Positions 38,720 through 51,716 of a stretch of DNA of 64,000 nucleotides are shown here, piece after piece. The translations under genes were made by a program, and so were the position numbers. Under the pieces are notes generated by a model that was not told where the DNA came from, made no database searches, and saw only the letters and a list, made by a program, of their open reading frames with translations. Every line of letters begins with the position of its first letter. Within the stretch, counting starts at the first letter, position 1. This DNA comes from Dicyema japonicum (Eukaryota; Animalia; Dicyemida): NCBI GenBank assembly GCA_011109175.1, contig RDEW01000077.1, forward strand, positions 51,125 to 115,124, read 5' to 3'.

Positions 38720-39150
38720 CCGTTCTCTCGACTCTTGAATCCGATAATGATGTTTTCTCTTATGCAAAAGATATTACTTTGTCTTCACGAGATAGGAGAA
38801 TCCAGAATGCCAGAGAAAGAATACAAATTAACCTTGACCGGCTCAACCCCTGGATAATAGAGAACCGGCTCATAGTCAATGCAGAAAAGTCGACCACGTT
38901 CTTTTTATTTCAAACAAAAGATTGGAAAAGAAGACAGTCACCTTGAAATTAAACGAGGTCGACATCTCTTTCAACAGATGTCAAAGGATCTTGGGTGTAC
39001 ACTTCATATGCATCTTTGTCTATCACCACACGTAAAAAATATTTTTTGAAGTATAAAAAAAACTGAACGCAGAAAAAGGTTTATCGGGAATATGAATATA
39101 ACCTGCTTTAGGACGTTACGTGTGTTGATACATATTTTCAGAAAAATTTG
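38720..39150 (+). mobile_element. LINE RT fragment present only in copy C
   Basis: SYAKDITLSSRD...ERIQINLDRLNPWIIENRLIVNAEKST interrupts CCGTTCT|TGGCCTC, which is contiguous in A and B. Confidence 0.65.
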
Positions 39151-42100
39151 GCCTCTTCAGTCTCAGACCCAAGTCATGTTCATAGCAAACCGAGTACCAG
39201 AAGAGCGTGAATACTGAGGTCCACTCGCTATGAATAGAATTTTAAATAGCAGTTAGTAATCTTGTCGAAAAGTTGAGTTGGTGACGTACCTCTTTCGCTG
39301 ATTATATTTAAGGATAAAAGCCTTTGTCATTGGGGATGATCGACCTGACGGAGTCGGAGACATTGGAAAACTAAAATTCTTCACAAGATAGATGCGTTTA
39401 GGATCTAAATTCGAGTCTCGTTCCGGCCAGAATTGACAGAACTCAAAGGAATCATCTGTTTCAGCTGCACACATTGGGATGATAGTTAATATGATTTTGT
39501 TTGATACTAGTATAAACCCTACTAAATATAATAATAACACCAGAGACTACGAATATACAAACTAACTAATCACGTGATCACAGCACGCTCTAATAGGGAC
39601 CTCATTTTGGCCCGATGCTCTTCCCTCGACCCCACACAAGCACGTATCGGCCGAGGGACTGGATCTTCGCAGTCATGACGGCGCGTTCCATGATTCATTC
39701 ATATCATGGCTTCTAAAGACATTGGAGAAAGGACAATCACACAAGAAAAAAAAGTGAAGATCATTCCTTGGTTCTACGATTAGTTAAAATTAATTGTTTT
39801 TTACTTAAATAAAGTGTGTGTCCTGCCTATGCGGAGCTATAAATACTATGGCTCTCGTGAAAAAGCTTTATTATTATTAACAATTCAGAATATCTTATAT
39901 TTTATGTGAATTATTATTCAACAAGCATGTTTTCTATTGAAATTCGGAACTCATTAAATTCTCTTTGAACATGTATTGAGAATGTATTTGGAATTCTCAG
40001 CTAACATGGACATAAAAGATTTTTCTCTACATATTTCCTATTATCTTGGAAGTTCATAGATCACCCGATCAAACTTTAATAGATTAGAGTGTTAATCATT
40101 CAACAATTCGAGTGTTTCTAATTTACAGTGCTTACTGATTAGAAATAAATATCTCGATCGCATCAGCATCAACCATGTAAGTTTAATGGTCAATTTCACA
40201 ATTGTTTGGTTACCATAGTGGATTAATGGCTTCAATGAGAATAACCATTTCTAAGAATATAAAATTCTCAGTTAAAGACTAGCTGCGATATATCGGGACA
40301 GTTAAAAAACTTCATTGTTGAAGATCCTAATTGGAATCCTTAATTATCCGCAGGGATTTAAAACTAATAAAGAATCTATGTATTGGGATGTAAGGTTGAA
40401 AGAACCTTGATGCAACATAGTCTTTACAACAATGTAATTTTATTTTTAAGTTTTAGATTTTGATTAAATTTAGTATTTTAGAAAGTTGTTGTATTTTAAA
40501 ATTTCAGCAAAATTATTTAAAAGACATTATCGGTAGAATATTTGTGTCAATTTCACGACTTCAAAACGAAGGAGTGTCCAATGAAAAAGTCCTTTGAAAT
40601 AAGAATTCTATGTGGAACTTGCTATTTTGAATGGAATTGTATTTTCTTGTTTAAAACAAGGATTAAGGAACAAATTTGGAAAACAAATTGAGTTTTGTCA
40701 CAACACATCAGGTCAGCGAATCTTTTGAACTTCGAACTGTGAAGTGTTAATCTTTCGACTTTTAGTAAAATCTAAACATGCTCGTGTAATTAGATTTTGC
40801 ATGACGTGAGACATCAGAAACGAGAAATCACGAATGCTGAAAATTTGAAAATGAGGTACCTTCGTCAACTATCGTACAACTACTTGTTCAACAAAAGCGG
40901 CCAACAACGAGGAAGACGACTTCAATTACTGAGTTTGAGTGACGGTGATGCTTTTAATTGTGGTTAACTTCTTTTTTGACGGAAATGAGATTTTCATTTC
41001 TCACTTCTGAAAAACACAGAATAGTTTCTTTATCGTGAGTGTGAGAGATGCATTTCTTTTAGTTCTAATGGATTACTTTTAGAGCTAAAGGGGTAATTTA
41101 ACTTCAAAAATTAGGGACATGTAAAATTGAGCCTAAACCAACAACCATTCGAAGTGTCAAAAATAACCTTAGGAGGCAAGAATCCAACAGGAGACAACAA
41201 ATATGAATCCACGACTACTGTAGAGCCTACGACGCACAGTAAAACCTCTACACTGAGTAACAGAATACTAATAATAATCGCGAAAATAATACTGAATCGG
41301 GTTATACTGTAATTATGTTATTTAGACAGAACAGCATGAAAGTTGTATATTGCAAAATATCCTAATTCGCCTTATTGGTTCAGTTACTATTTACATTTTT
41401 TTAAATTAAAATAGCAATTTAAAAAAATTTAAAATATAAAATAAATATTTAAGAATTTACTCATTCTTATTTTAAACGAAAAGCGAAGAATCAAGTGAGG
41501 CGACATGGTCCGTGCAAGATCTACTAAACCTGATGGGTCTTTGGTTCCTGAAGAACCGTCTGAATGTATCATCAGAAAAGTCACATGTAATGACGTTTAC
41601 CTCAGCACAAAAAAGAATTATACAAACAATGTGTTTTACCTAGAATCGAATACGCCTGTGCTGCATGGATTACCCCCTTATCAATTTCGGCACAGAGCAA
41701 GCTGGAGGTTTTACAAAATCGATGTCTCAAGATTCTATTGAGATCGTCGAAAAAGACGTCCACCTCGTTACTGCGAAGAACACTAATCGTCCCCCAATCA
41801 TGAAATACCTTAAGGAACGTCGCCGTGACTTTCTCAAAATGGCAAAAACCATCCCCTCAGATCGCACATCAGACTATATATGGACGCCTGTCCGAGATAT
41901 GAGAAGAAACCTTTCCCACTGTGGAGATTAATTAGGACTTCAAAACTAACCGCGGGAAAAGGACTGGTATGGACACCGAGATCACTTAATTAGGCGATAA
42001 CTTTCGTAATTTCGGGTTAATAAAATAATAATTAATAAATTGAACGAAAAGCGGAAAATAAATACTGTTTACTTAGTAAATGTGATTGAATAATAACTCT

Positions 42101-45100
42101 AATCTGAACCCTGGAGTATTGAAAAGGAATATAGTCTACTTAAACATACGATGAGAAAGATTGTAATAATTTGAGTATCTCGAAAGAAAGACATCAGAGA
42201 AGCATTATAAGGAGCATTTGGTAGTTTCACCGAGGTCAGGGTCACATTAACAATTTTTAATAAATACTGATTCGATCACAAAAAATTAGTGAACTGAATG
42301 AAAATCTTAGATAAGAATAAATTATTTTAATATAAAACTATTAATTTATCAACTTTATATATTTTTCAAATGAATATTAATATAAATATATAATTTTTCA
42401 ATTTCCTAAATTGTGATAAAAACCCCACTATAAGCGAGAGCCATTTTACCTATAGCAAGGGCAGAAAACACAATTTATTTAAGTAAAAAGTTATGGTAAC
42501 TATTTTTAGAATGGAAAAGGAAGGAATGCTCTTCACTTTTTTTTCTATTTCTTGCGTTTTACTATAAATGAAGCATACAATTATTTGAAAAAAATTGGAT
42601 TTTAATGAAACCGTATGTAGAATATAAAATGATGAATTCTCACTAGTAATCATTGTGACCGGTTGAATACGAGCCTGTTTGTGTTGTTAAAGGCGTTAGA
42701 AATTAATAATTTTTTAATGAAAAATATTGGAAGGTCAAAATAAACAGAACGATTGAAGAAAATGATGAAATGGGTTGGAAATATAATCAATGGTCAAGCT
42801 GGCCTCAATAGAAAGTGAAAACTTAACAAAGAATATAAAGAAATCACATTAGAGATGACTGAAGAAATATATGTTCTTTTTCTTCAAATTATATATATTA
42901 TTTGATTCTTCAAATAATGCTGACATGTTGCAGACAAAATAACAATTTGGGATACAAATAGCAAGGAAAAGAAATATATCCAAAATAATCTTGACATGAT
43001 ACAGATCTCAATTCTGAGAGGGAACAGCCACGCAGTGAAGGCGGCAACTAAATAATATAAACCCATTATTTTCAATTTTTGAACCATAAATTTAAACCCG
43101 ATATCCCCTCCGAATATCGCAATGGAAGATTACTACTCCTCCAATGTAAAACGCTTTCGTGGAAGACCGAGAACTACGCTCCTTGTCGTCCTACAAAACG
43201 ATCTGAAAGCCGTGAAGAAAACATTGGCATCTGGTACGTTCTGGATTCACTGAGGGAGCTAGCAAAGAACATAAGAGCTTGGAGCAACCTAGCTAATTCT
43301 CATATTTTTAGGGAAAATCCTAAATTATATCCAAAAAAGTACAATTAGTCAAAAACATCCAGAGGAGTACCTCCTGGACGGCACTTCCTTCAAATCAGAG
43401 CATGCGAAGTCTGCTGAAAGAGGCCAGGATCACCCGTTTTTGTCTAATCTATGTATGGCGCTGTTTTCTGGTTCAATAAATTCGAAGTGAATTCGAAAGA
43501 TGTCGGATGCTAAGATCCTTAATTTAGCAAATTAATACCTTCATTTTTGGTGCTCCTAGTGTTTTTAAATGAAATGTTCAATAAATTTAATCCCACTTGT
43601 TGCTAACATTCAAAAATGAGGAAGACGCTTCAGCTTTCGAAGCTGAGATCAATACTAAAGTACCTTTTGTGCCCGGAGCACATAACATGTCACGGATCAT
43701 TCCTAAGGCTTCGGAGTCCCTCTGCACTTAGTATATGATAATGTATTAATAATATTCATTGAAACAATGTATAATCACGATGTAACGACATAACAATTTG
43801 GAATGCAAATAATACGAAAGAGCCAACAGAATATAAATAGGGACTAATCAAATAGTGAAAAATAATCCACATTTATAGGTTAAAAAATATAAAATATATA
43901 TTAGACATTTTGATAACAACCTTCAACACTATTTGATAAATCCAATAATATAATGTATGATAGAAAATACAACAAAAGACAAACAGCCAACCACAAGAAA
44001 GTGGCAAACGCATGCCAAATAATATATTAATGTAATTATAGGTTCGCCATATAGCAAAATTATTTTAATAATAAAAATGTATTAAATTAATTTAAGTTAG
44101 TCAAAATTTGATTTTTACTGTATGGAGATGGTATGTCTCTAAGGTTATCTAAACCTCCATATGTGAAATGAAATTAAATAACAAGAGGTGAAAAAAATGG
44201 TTGTTGAGATTTACAAAAGTCAATTCAACAAAAGGTTTAACCAAAGCCAGATGTTATCAAATTGGATGAGATTTTTTATGTCTCTTCAAACAAGTCATTG
44301 TCTCGGCACTTTTTTACGTGACACCATATATTTGCATACACATTAATTGGGCGGCGCAGTGTAATAAGTGCCGGGAAAAATGATCGATGGCCCTTAATTC
44401 GAACCTTGCGAATGAAAGTTTTTTAGTCATTATCATTTTTGAAACAGCGAATATTATTTTTCCTGAATAAAATATTTTTAAAACATTAATTTTAATCAAC
44501 AAATAAATTAATTTAGACAATAATTAGGACGACAGAATGGCGAAGGCGTTACCTCTGATAATCGCCATTTCAAGCATCTGCCTCAACCAGAGTCTCTCCC
44601 GTGGTTCGCACCTTTTTGAGGCGAGTTTGCTTCCAATGCTGTGGAGAAAGGCGTCCGTCTTCGCCCCTACAGTTCCAGTTGTCTCACAGCAATGGGGGCG
44701 AAATGGTAATGGTCTCCGAGGGATTCGTACTTATGGATCTTCTTGACCTCCGCCTGGTCGGATGCGTCTCCAGGAGAGTGCGTCGCCGTCAGCAATCTGG
44801 CTCCTGAGAAGATGTCCACACAAGTTGCGTCCCAGGAGAGTGATTTTCCGTGGAAGTATGGGAATAACGTCATTCCACCCGGCCTCTAAAATTACGAAAA
44901 TTATTTGATCTTAATGACATAGAATCATATACGCTATAATTCTATTCGCATGATCCTCGATACTAGTCTTCCCAGCCTCTCCTGTTCGATGATAGGCTCC
45001 GCAGACTACTGAGGTCTGCATCTTCCGTTAGTGTTCTGTTCACTGGTCTGAGGTCACCATTTAGAACTTTGGGAAGATCCAGACTTGGTTAGTGCCCCCT

Positions 45101-46329
45101 CGACCAGCCAATGAGGCCCATAGCTTTGAAGGTAAGAGTAGAGGAGGATTATTCTTACACGAATCCCCGTGAAACAATGATTCATCAGATAAAGTATCGG
45201 AGAAATAAAGAATTCATAGATTTAAGCAATGTAGCCGCGGATATGTGACTCTGCTGTTATAGATACTTGTATGTCACTGTAAACGCCGGCTAGAAGACTT
45301 TTGTGGACGATGAAATCTGGGACAACACCCAAGAACTGTTCGAGAAATTCAAAATCAAATACAGTTGACTTTATAGACATTTCACAGATCTGAATTACTC
45401 AGCAAATCAAGAAAAAGTGCGTTTTGCAGCATTAAAAAAACGTGATTAAAATAATGAGCCACAACTTTTGTACAATCGAATATGGTTCATTCGCTGAGGA
45501 TATTGATCAATTCACTGATTTAGTTGAGGTTTCTGTTATTATAGCCTTCCAATGAAGTTCCAATGGGGTTCAATTACCCAAAAAAGCCGGGCCTTCAATG
45601 ATGTATGAACCTGTAAAATGCAACAAGGGGACGAATCAGATCCTAAAGAGAGAAGATATTACTGAACTTAATCTATTCTACTAATTTCTCTTTCGGATTA
45701 TTCTCATTTTGATTAATTTATTATTTTGTTAAAAATTGTTAACTTGTTTTAAGTTTCTTTGATCGATTTTGATTCTTAGTCATAATTTTTTGCGGTCTCG
45801 ATATTTGTAACAAGTCAAATCAAAAATGTTCATTTTCATGTTTTTAAACAAATTGTTTACAAGATTAGCGATAAAAAGTAAATTAAGAAAATTGCAAGAA
45901 CTATCTAAATAAACTAAGTTATCATTAAGATCATTCAGTTTCCTAATAAGATTCGATTCTTAAGTTAGATAAGGGCTATCTTGAGCACAGTTGTTTGTAA
46001 ACAACATACAAAATTAACACTATGCTAAAATCAAAGAAAATTGATTAGAGTCAATTCATCACTCGAGGTCCTCACGTGGGATGGATTCTATTCGCTTCAA
46101 AATGGACTCTGATCTCTCTTTGATCCGTAACTTCAACCTCTTCGCTTATTTTATCTTACGGAGATATTTCTATTTTTCAGTGACAAAATTCTGGACGTGG
46201 TTTTGTTCAAAATAACAACTTTCGAAACCTCTTCCTTCAACCTCTTCCTTTTACAGAATGAAGTAAACAAAGTTAATTGGTAAGATTATACAAAAGAAGT
46301 CAAGGAACCAACCAGCTATCAAAACGGGG

Positions 46330-46540
46330 GCTCAATATGTGAATAGATTTTGTCATCTTTTTTCCATGTCGAACAAATTGAATGGTCAAAAAAAGTCGAC
46401 ACAAATAGCATCCCAGACCAAAATTTTCTCTCCTCTAATGGGAAAATTGTGATTCCGTCAGGCCGTTCTCAGTCTCCTCTGTCCAAGCCAACAAGTTCAA
46501 GTATGACGGGGTATCAAATCTCAGGGCTCGTTTGATTTCA
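46330..46540 (-). mobile_element. CRE-clade fragment
   Basis: GLDRGD.ERPDGITIFP...VWDAICVD. Further CRE-like pieces at ~42,985-43,055 (+), ~46,950-47,160 (+) and ~54,990-55,070 (+). Confidence 0.55.
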
Positions 46541-46549
46541 TTTATTATT

Positions 46550-46795
46550 TTATTATTTATTAACCCCGGATACACCGAGAAAGAAGTTAAAGTAAATAAC
46601 TAATTAAGTGTATCTAGTTCCCATTTATACGAAAACAGAGTCCATCCGGAATCAACATAAAAAGTAAAAGACGTCCATAGTTGCAGTTGTGGAAACCTCT
46701 CCAAGTGGAGTGGGGGAGAGCCAAATGATCCTTTTTCGTGCCGGCATGGCACTGGGCGCCACCTAGACAGGTTGATCACATGACGCCACTCTAAA
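46550..46795 (-). mobile_element. Most complete copy of the ~230-bp SINE-like repeat
   Basis: Its reverse complement matches 4,575-4,797 and includes both segments that are individually missing from copies A and B; it has an AATAA-type tail. Confidence 0.65.
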
Positions 46796-47690
46796 ATAAT
46801 TCCGTTAAATTACCGCGATCGCCTTATGTCTTGGATAAATTACCGCGTTAATTAATTATTTGTTACTTTTAAAATTGTGTTATAAAAAATATTAATTTTG
46901 TCAATTTGATTAAATTTGAATAATTATGCCAATGAATGTTCGCTGTTGGAAAATCAAAGTTGAAGCGGCGGAAGTACGATGACTTTCCCGTTATGTAAAA
47001 TTTTTCCCGGAAACCTCTGGGAACCTCATACTACGATTTTTCGAAAAACTCGGAAAACTTATCTCATCCCGCTCTGCGAACCTTCGAGAACGATGCTGTG
47101 ATCTAACAAATTTCTTTCGCAAGACCAGATTCTGCATTTGCCTTCGATTGCTGCGATCCTCCAATTCTGATTTTGCTTCGATTTTGTTTATATTAAACGC
47201 AAAAAAACCTTAAAGTTATTCAAGTTTAAGGGCAGAAAGTAGGGTAATGACATGTTCTTGTTAATATTGGTTTGTTCTCTCGTAAAATTTCCATTGGTCT
47301 GAACACCAAACACTTACTCACACAATTTAAAGACTTCCAGAATCTCATTTTACATTTGACCTTATTAGAATTTCAGTGGAGTTTTAATTCCAACACTTTT
47401 AACCAGCTGATGCCTACGACAGGTTCAAATACTGTTGTTGCTAGTGATCAAGTAAACTATGATTCTATTCAAATAAATCAGCGTGCACTGAGTCTAATGG
47501 ATGCCTCTTTATGCAGGAATCGTCTAACCTGGACAGGGAAACGGAAAAATTAAAATCTATTTGTTCAAGAGTATAATTTGTCTAATATTATGTCACGGCC
47601 CGTACGTGGTATCTGCCCACACATAGTCAATGATTTTAATTATTTAAAAAAATAATTATATATTTTTGTTCATTATTTGATAAGGATTAC

Positions 47691-49402
47691 TTTATTTAAC
47701 CAACAATAAAAAGTTAATATTTAATAATCAACAACCTTCCTCGCCTGCCTGTTCGCCAGCCTCCTCAGGCAGGTTCGATTCTGGTTGCTGAAACAACTCC
47801 GAGAGCGCCTTGTAAAATTGAACCCTCTGCCCATAAGGCAACTCCGGGCTCTGCCTCCTATACTCTAGTGTCAGGCTCTCTAGAGTCCGCTTTAATACAG
47901 TGGACTGTAGATAGGCCTGGAGCTTCCTATCTACCCCCAACTGCTTCAGATAACCCTTGTGGTACTTTGTTGCAATTCCTTCCCACGTCATTACTATTGG
48001 AATAACGAGGACCTTGCAACCAAGCATCTGCCCCATCTCGTTTGCAAGCAAGTCATACTTTCTTTTTTTCTCCACCTCCACAGTCTGCAAACCTCTATGA
48101 TAAGGATTTGACCAGACTCCTTATTGTGTACCACAATGTACGGTTTATTGTGCTTGATTAGCACCGAGATACGGATAACACTGTCTACCTTAATTTGAAC
48201 TCTGGTGTTCTCTACTACAGATTGCATCTTATGAGTCCGCAACTTTCTGGTGTGGCGAATATCATACTTATTGCATAGTTGAAGATGAAGACTCCTTACT
48301 ACCTCGTTGTGCCTCCACACATAGTCGTGGCAGAGCATGGATCCACATCGAGTGGCTAAATGATCAACCGACATGCTCTTTGACTTACAATGGGGACATG
48401 TATTTGTTGATCGACCCCAAAAAATATTGCGGTCTTGCATATACGCGTACAGCGCCTCCGATCGAGGTGAGTTGTCACCGTATTTTAACCATATTGTCTA
48501 CGACTTAAGGTCGACATGTGGGTTGTCCAATGCTCTGAAGAGGACCTTATGAAGGCTTTTTAAGTTGATCTTTTCCATCAAATTATTATATTGTAATTCG
48601 ATCAACGCCTTCACATTTACTAGCCCACCATCATCAACATCATAATTAGCAGACAAAAAAGGTCTGATAGTGCCTAAATAAGTTGCCCGTGTTTTCTTGG
48701 TCGTTATTATGGCGTGCTTCCTAACAGACACACTTGACCCAACTATCAGGGTGTCATGCGTTCGCATTAGGATACATTCACTTAGTTGGACTACTTCACT
48801 CAGTCCACAGCCGAATTTATTACGGGGTAAATATAGTCTTTCCTTATTGGCTGCCAGCACATGGACATGGTTCTCTCTGAGTACTCCACGGATCATAACA
48901 TTCATCTCATCAATCTCTTTAGAAGCGAGACAGCATACTCATTAATGCTAGGAACAAATTCCTTCATTTAGAGAGGTCTTACACAATAACGCTTCTCTTT
49001 TACGGATGCCTTCAGTAATTTGTCGCTTTGTCTCAGGCATCATAAGGGACTTTGGAGTTTCGGTAACACCCAGATACTTATATCCTTCGTGTTCCTCTAG
49101 GACTCTCACTAACTCGCTACATGCTTGCGTGTTAGTCGCAGACTTTGAATAATTCAAATTTAGTCCTATAATCTCAAAGAATTCCCTGGCAGAGACCCCA
49201 TGGAGTAGAGCTCCTCGTGTTCGAGCATGCAGTTACAGTCATCGATAAAAAAAGGTGATTTGTACTGAAAAAAACTCTCACAATGAACTGGTATTTGCTC
49301 AAACCAGTCATTGAGGCGGCGACTCAATGGCTCCAAACAGAAACAAAGAGCAGCGGAGACATGCTATCCCCTGAAGGATCCCCTCTTGAGTTTTACCTCG
49401 CC
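47691..49402 (-). mobile_element. 5'-truncated RLE-type non-LTR retrotransposon (R4/NeSL group) with a 10-bp TSD
   Basis: TSD TAAGGATTAC at 47,681-47,690 and 49,403-49,412. Motifs KRGILQGDSMSPLL, YKYLGV, LYLPR..FGCGL, QDRNIFW..CPHC...DHLATRC...RHNEVV, KP.I, EKKRKYDLLA. Carries stops and frameshifts. Confidence 0.93.
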
Positions 49403-49714
49403 TAAGGATTACAAATATATATTTTTTTTATTTTAAAATAATCACTTTTTTGAGTTTTTTGGAAAAAATAAAATTGAAGAATGGGTACAGTATTAAAATA
49501 CTTAGTTTTTAATATATAAATTGTTTTTTACTAATAATTAATTTGAATTATTTAAAATTATATAGCACGCTTTTGTCAACACACGACTGATTGTTTTTGT
49601 TGTTCGGTTGTTTCTTCACGATTTGAAAATAATTAAGGAATTGGTACTTTTGGCATTGTTCATTTGTTTAATTTTAGATCTAATATTCAAAAAAAATTTC
49701 ATTAATTCATTTTA

Positions 49715-50936
49715 GAGCCTTATTTCGTGAAGCATGTATTGCAAAAGTACCAAAGAATTTAAAAATTGACTTGTTCCTTTCAGATCTGGCAATATCCGAT
49801 AAGAGGCGTTATAAAAGGTTGCCAGTAGTTTTAAATTTGAAAACGATGTGCCATGTATAATTGCTCATTTGTAGGAAACAAATTATTAATTACGATTTTT
49901 TGCAAACGACGAACTAGAGCTAAAACGATTAACTATTGAGGTATATTCAATCATTAAGTTTTTAGTCTGAACACAACGAATCCCACATGGGCAGGAACAG
50001 ACTTTTTTGTATTTTGAAAAAGCTTTACTACAATGTGACAAAGAATGAAGTTGGAGATATTGTAAAGCGGTGTCCATTTTGTGTGTCTAAGAGGCTTTTG
50101 GAAACAAAACCTCCGATAACATCAATTGTGGCAAAATAGTCACGCGACAGATTTATAGCCGATCTAATTGATTTGCACGTTATTCTGACAAAAACTGGGG
50201 TTATTCATGCGTATTTTTTTATTAATTTCTGTAGCTTTTGACAGTTGTTGACTGTTTCAGCAAATTTAAGATGGTCGATACTCTCTACTCCAAAAATTCA
50301 AAGGATGTAGTTGAAACTTTTCAAAAAAATTTTTATATATGGCCCTCGTTATTATTACACACGGAAAAGAAATTTAAAAATAATTTGATGACCGACATGT
50401 TAATGGAGTTACGGGTCCAAGTAAAGAGGTAAAATAGAAATTATAAATTTAGATTCAACCAATTAGTAAAAAATGGATTTCTCCCCACATCCGCTTTCCA
50501 GTGGAGAGTTTGGGAGTTATGTTCTTCATTTAAAAAAATTGTTTTTGATTACAACAATTCGAGACAACGAAACAAATTCCATTCTTCATATGCAATTCCG
50601 GAGGATTTGTCGAATTTTCTGTTTTATGAAGTGGATGAAGCAAGGGAAGAGGCACGAATATATACGCAGGTAGCAGCACAAAAGATGATTGAGAAAAGAA
50701 GATGGAGAAACGACGAAGAAACTTCAAAAGTTGGTGACAAGGTCCTTAAAATAGGAGATCATGGCAAAAATCCAGCTTATCGTACAATGGACACTGATCG
50801 AATGAGCTTGTACGATGAGCTTGACTGTACAATCTATGAAGTAACCAAAATTGAGGGATTTAATTCTTTTATCAACAACAATGAGGATGAAAAAATTCAC
50901 AGGTCACGAGCTAAAGTGATCGAAAACGCTAAATAA
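49715..50936 (+). pseudogene. Integrase/transposase of the outer element (HHCC zinc finger + DDE core + C-terminal domain), intron-containing and degenerate
   Basis: Removing GT-AG introns 49,941-49,965, 50,211-50,234 and 50,429-50,452 gives TIE|SEHNESHMGRNRL...KRCPFC, RFIADLIDL...GYSC|LLTVVDCFSKF and QVKR|FNQLVKKWIS, then KVGDKVL. Confidence 0.85.
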
Positions 50937-50974
50937 TTTAATTAATAAATTATGTTTAATAAATTACACTTTTG

Positions 50975-51130
50975 AGGGTTCAAAGGTTTAAGTTAGGGTT
51001 AGTGTTTATGGTTAATGTTTAGGGTTTTTAGTTAGGGTTAATGTTTAGGGTTAGTATTAACGATTTTTGGTAAAGTTAGTGTTTAGCGGTTTTGGTTAGG
51101 ATTTAGGGTTTTTGAATTAGTGTTTAGAGT
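50975..51130 (+). repeat. Degenerate telomere-like (TTAGGG) tract inside the outer transposon
   Basis: Exact TTAGGG at 50,993, 51,019, 51,032, 51,045 and 51,103, plus TTAGTG, TTAGCG, TTAGGA and TTAGAG variants. Confidence 0.75.
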
Positions 51131-51466
51131 TAAACATTCAGCTATATGGATTAAAGAACATTGCTTAAATTTAATATTTTTGTCTAGAGCTATGCTCTTG
51201 TTATTTTTATTTGTTATTTAAATAATTAGATTTTATCTATTTTATATTTTTTAAACAAAATAAATTTTTTTTAGCATGAGGATTACCATTGCTTTGTGAT
51301 ATTTGGTGGTTAATTTTTAATTTATCTCTCAATTTTTGCGTTCTACAGAATTTTTTATATAGAGGTCAACTTATTGGATATATTTTGTCACATGGGCGGC
51401 GCGTAACGCATGGGCAGCCTGTTACATTTTTTCGACCTTGAAAAGGTCTTTTGATTATCCGACATT

Positions 51467-51573
51467 ATTATTATTATTACCCCCAGGATCACTGGGTCAA
51501 AAAGAAAGAAATAAAAGTTCTCATCTAACTAAGTGATCCCAGACCGACAAAGGTGAGGATGAGTCCCTCTTTG
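51467..51573 (-). mobile_element. 107-bp retroposon with a (TAA)n tail and a 14-bp TSD
   Basis: TSD GATTATCCGACATT at 51,453-51,466 and 51,574-51,587. A longer relative lies at ~53,712-53,960. Confidence 0.9.
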
Positions 51574-51716
51574 GATTATCCGACATTTAATTTTATATAT
51601 CCGATTTATATCGTGATTTAATCCTGTTAAATTAGTTTTTTATTCATAAATGTTATGATTATAAAGATTTTATTTTTTTATAGCGGTAAACCTAGATTTC
51701 TAGCGTGATTTATAGC

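Larger units (their letters stand above)
34841..44885 (+). repeat. Third, internally deleted copy C of the same unit
   Basis: Ordered blocks match A 3,437-3,815; 5,935-10,580; 12,310-13,270; 14,905-15,050; 15,490-15,650; 16,180-16,625. A non-matching block lies at ~40,660-43,160. Confidence 0.9.

Noticed and set aside
46735-46775. LTR-retrotransposon primer-binding site (TGGCGCCCAG)
   Set aside because: No flanking LTR pair or gag/pol; it is part of the dispersed SINE-like repeat.
48480-48520. Stop-codon reassignment (in-frame TAG/TAA in otherwise conserved ORFs)
   Set aside because: The stops fall in tiny introns or at positions explained by point mutation; they do not align consistently with one amino acid.
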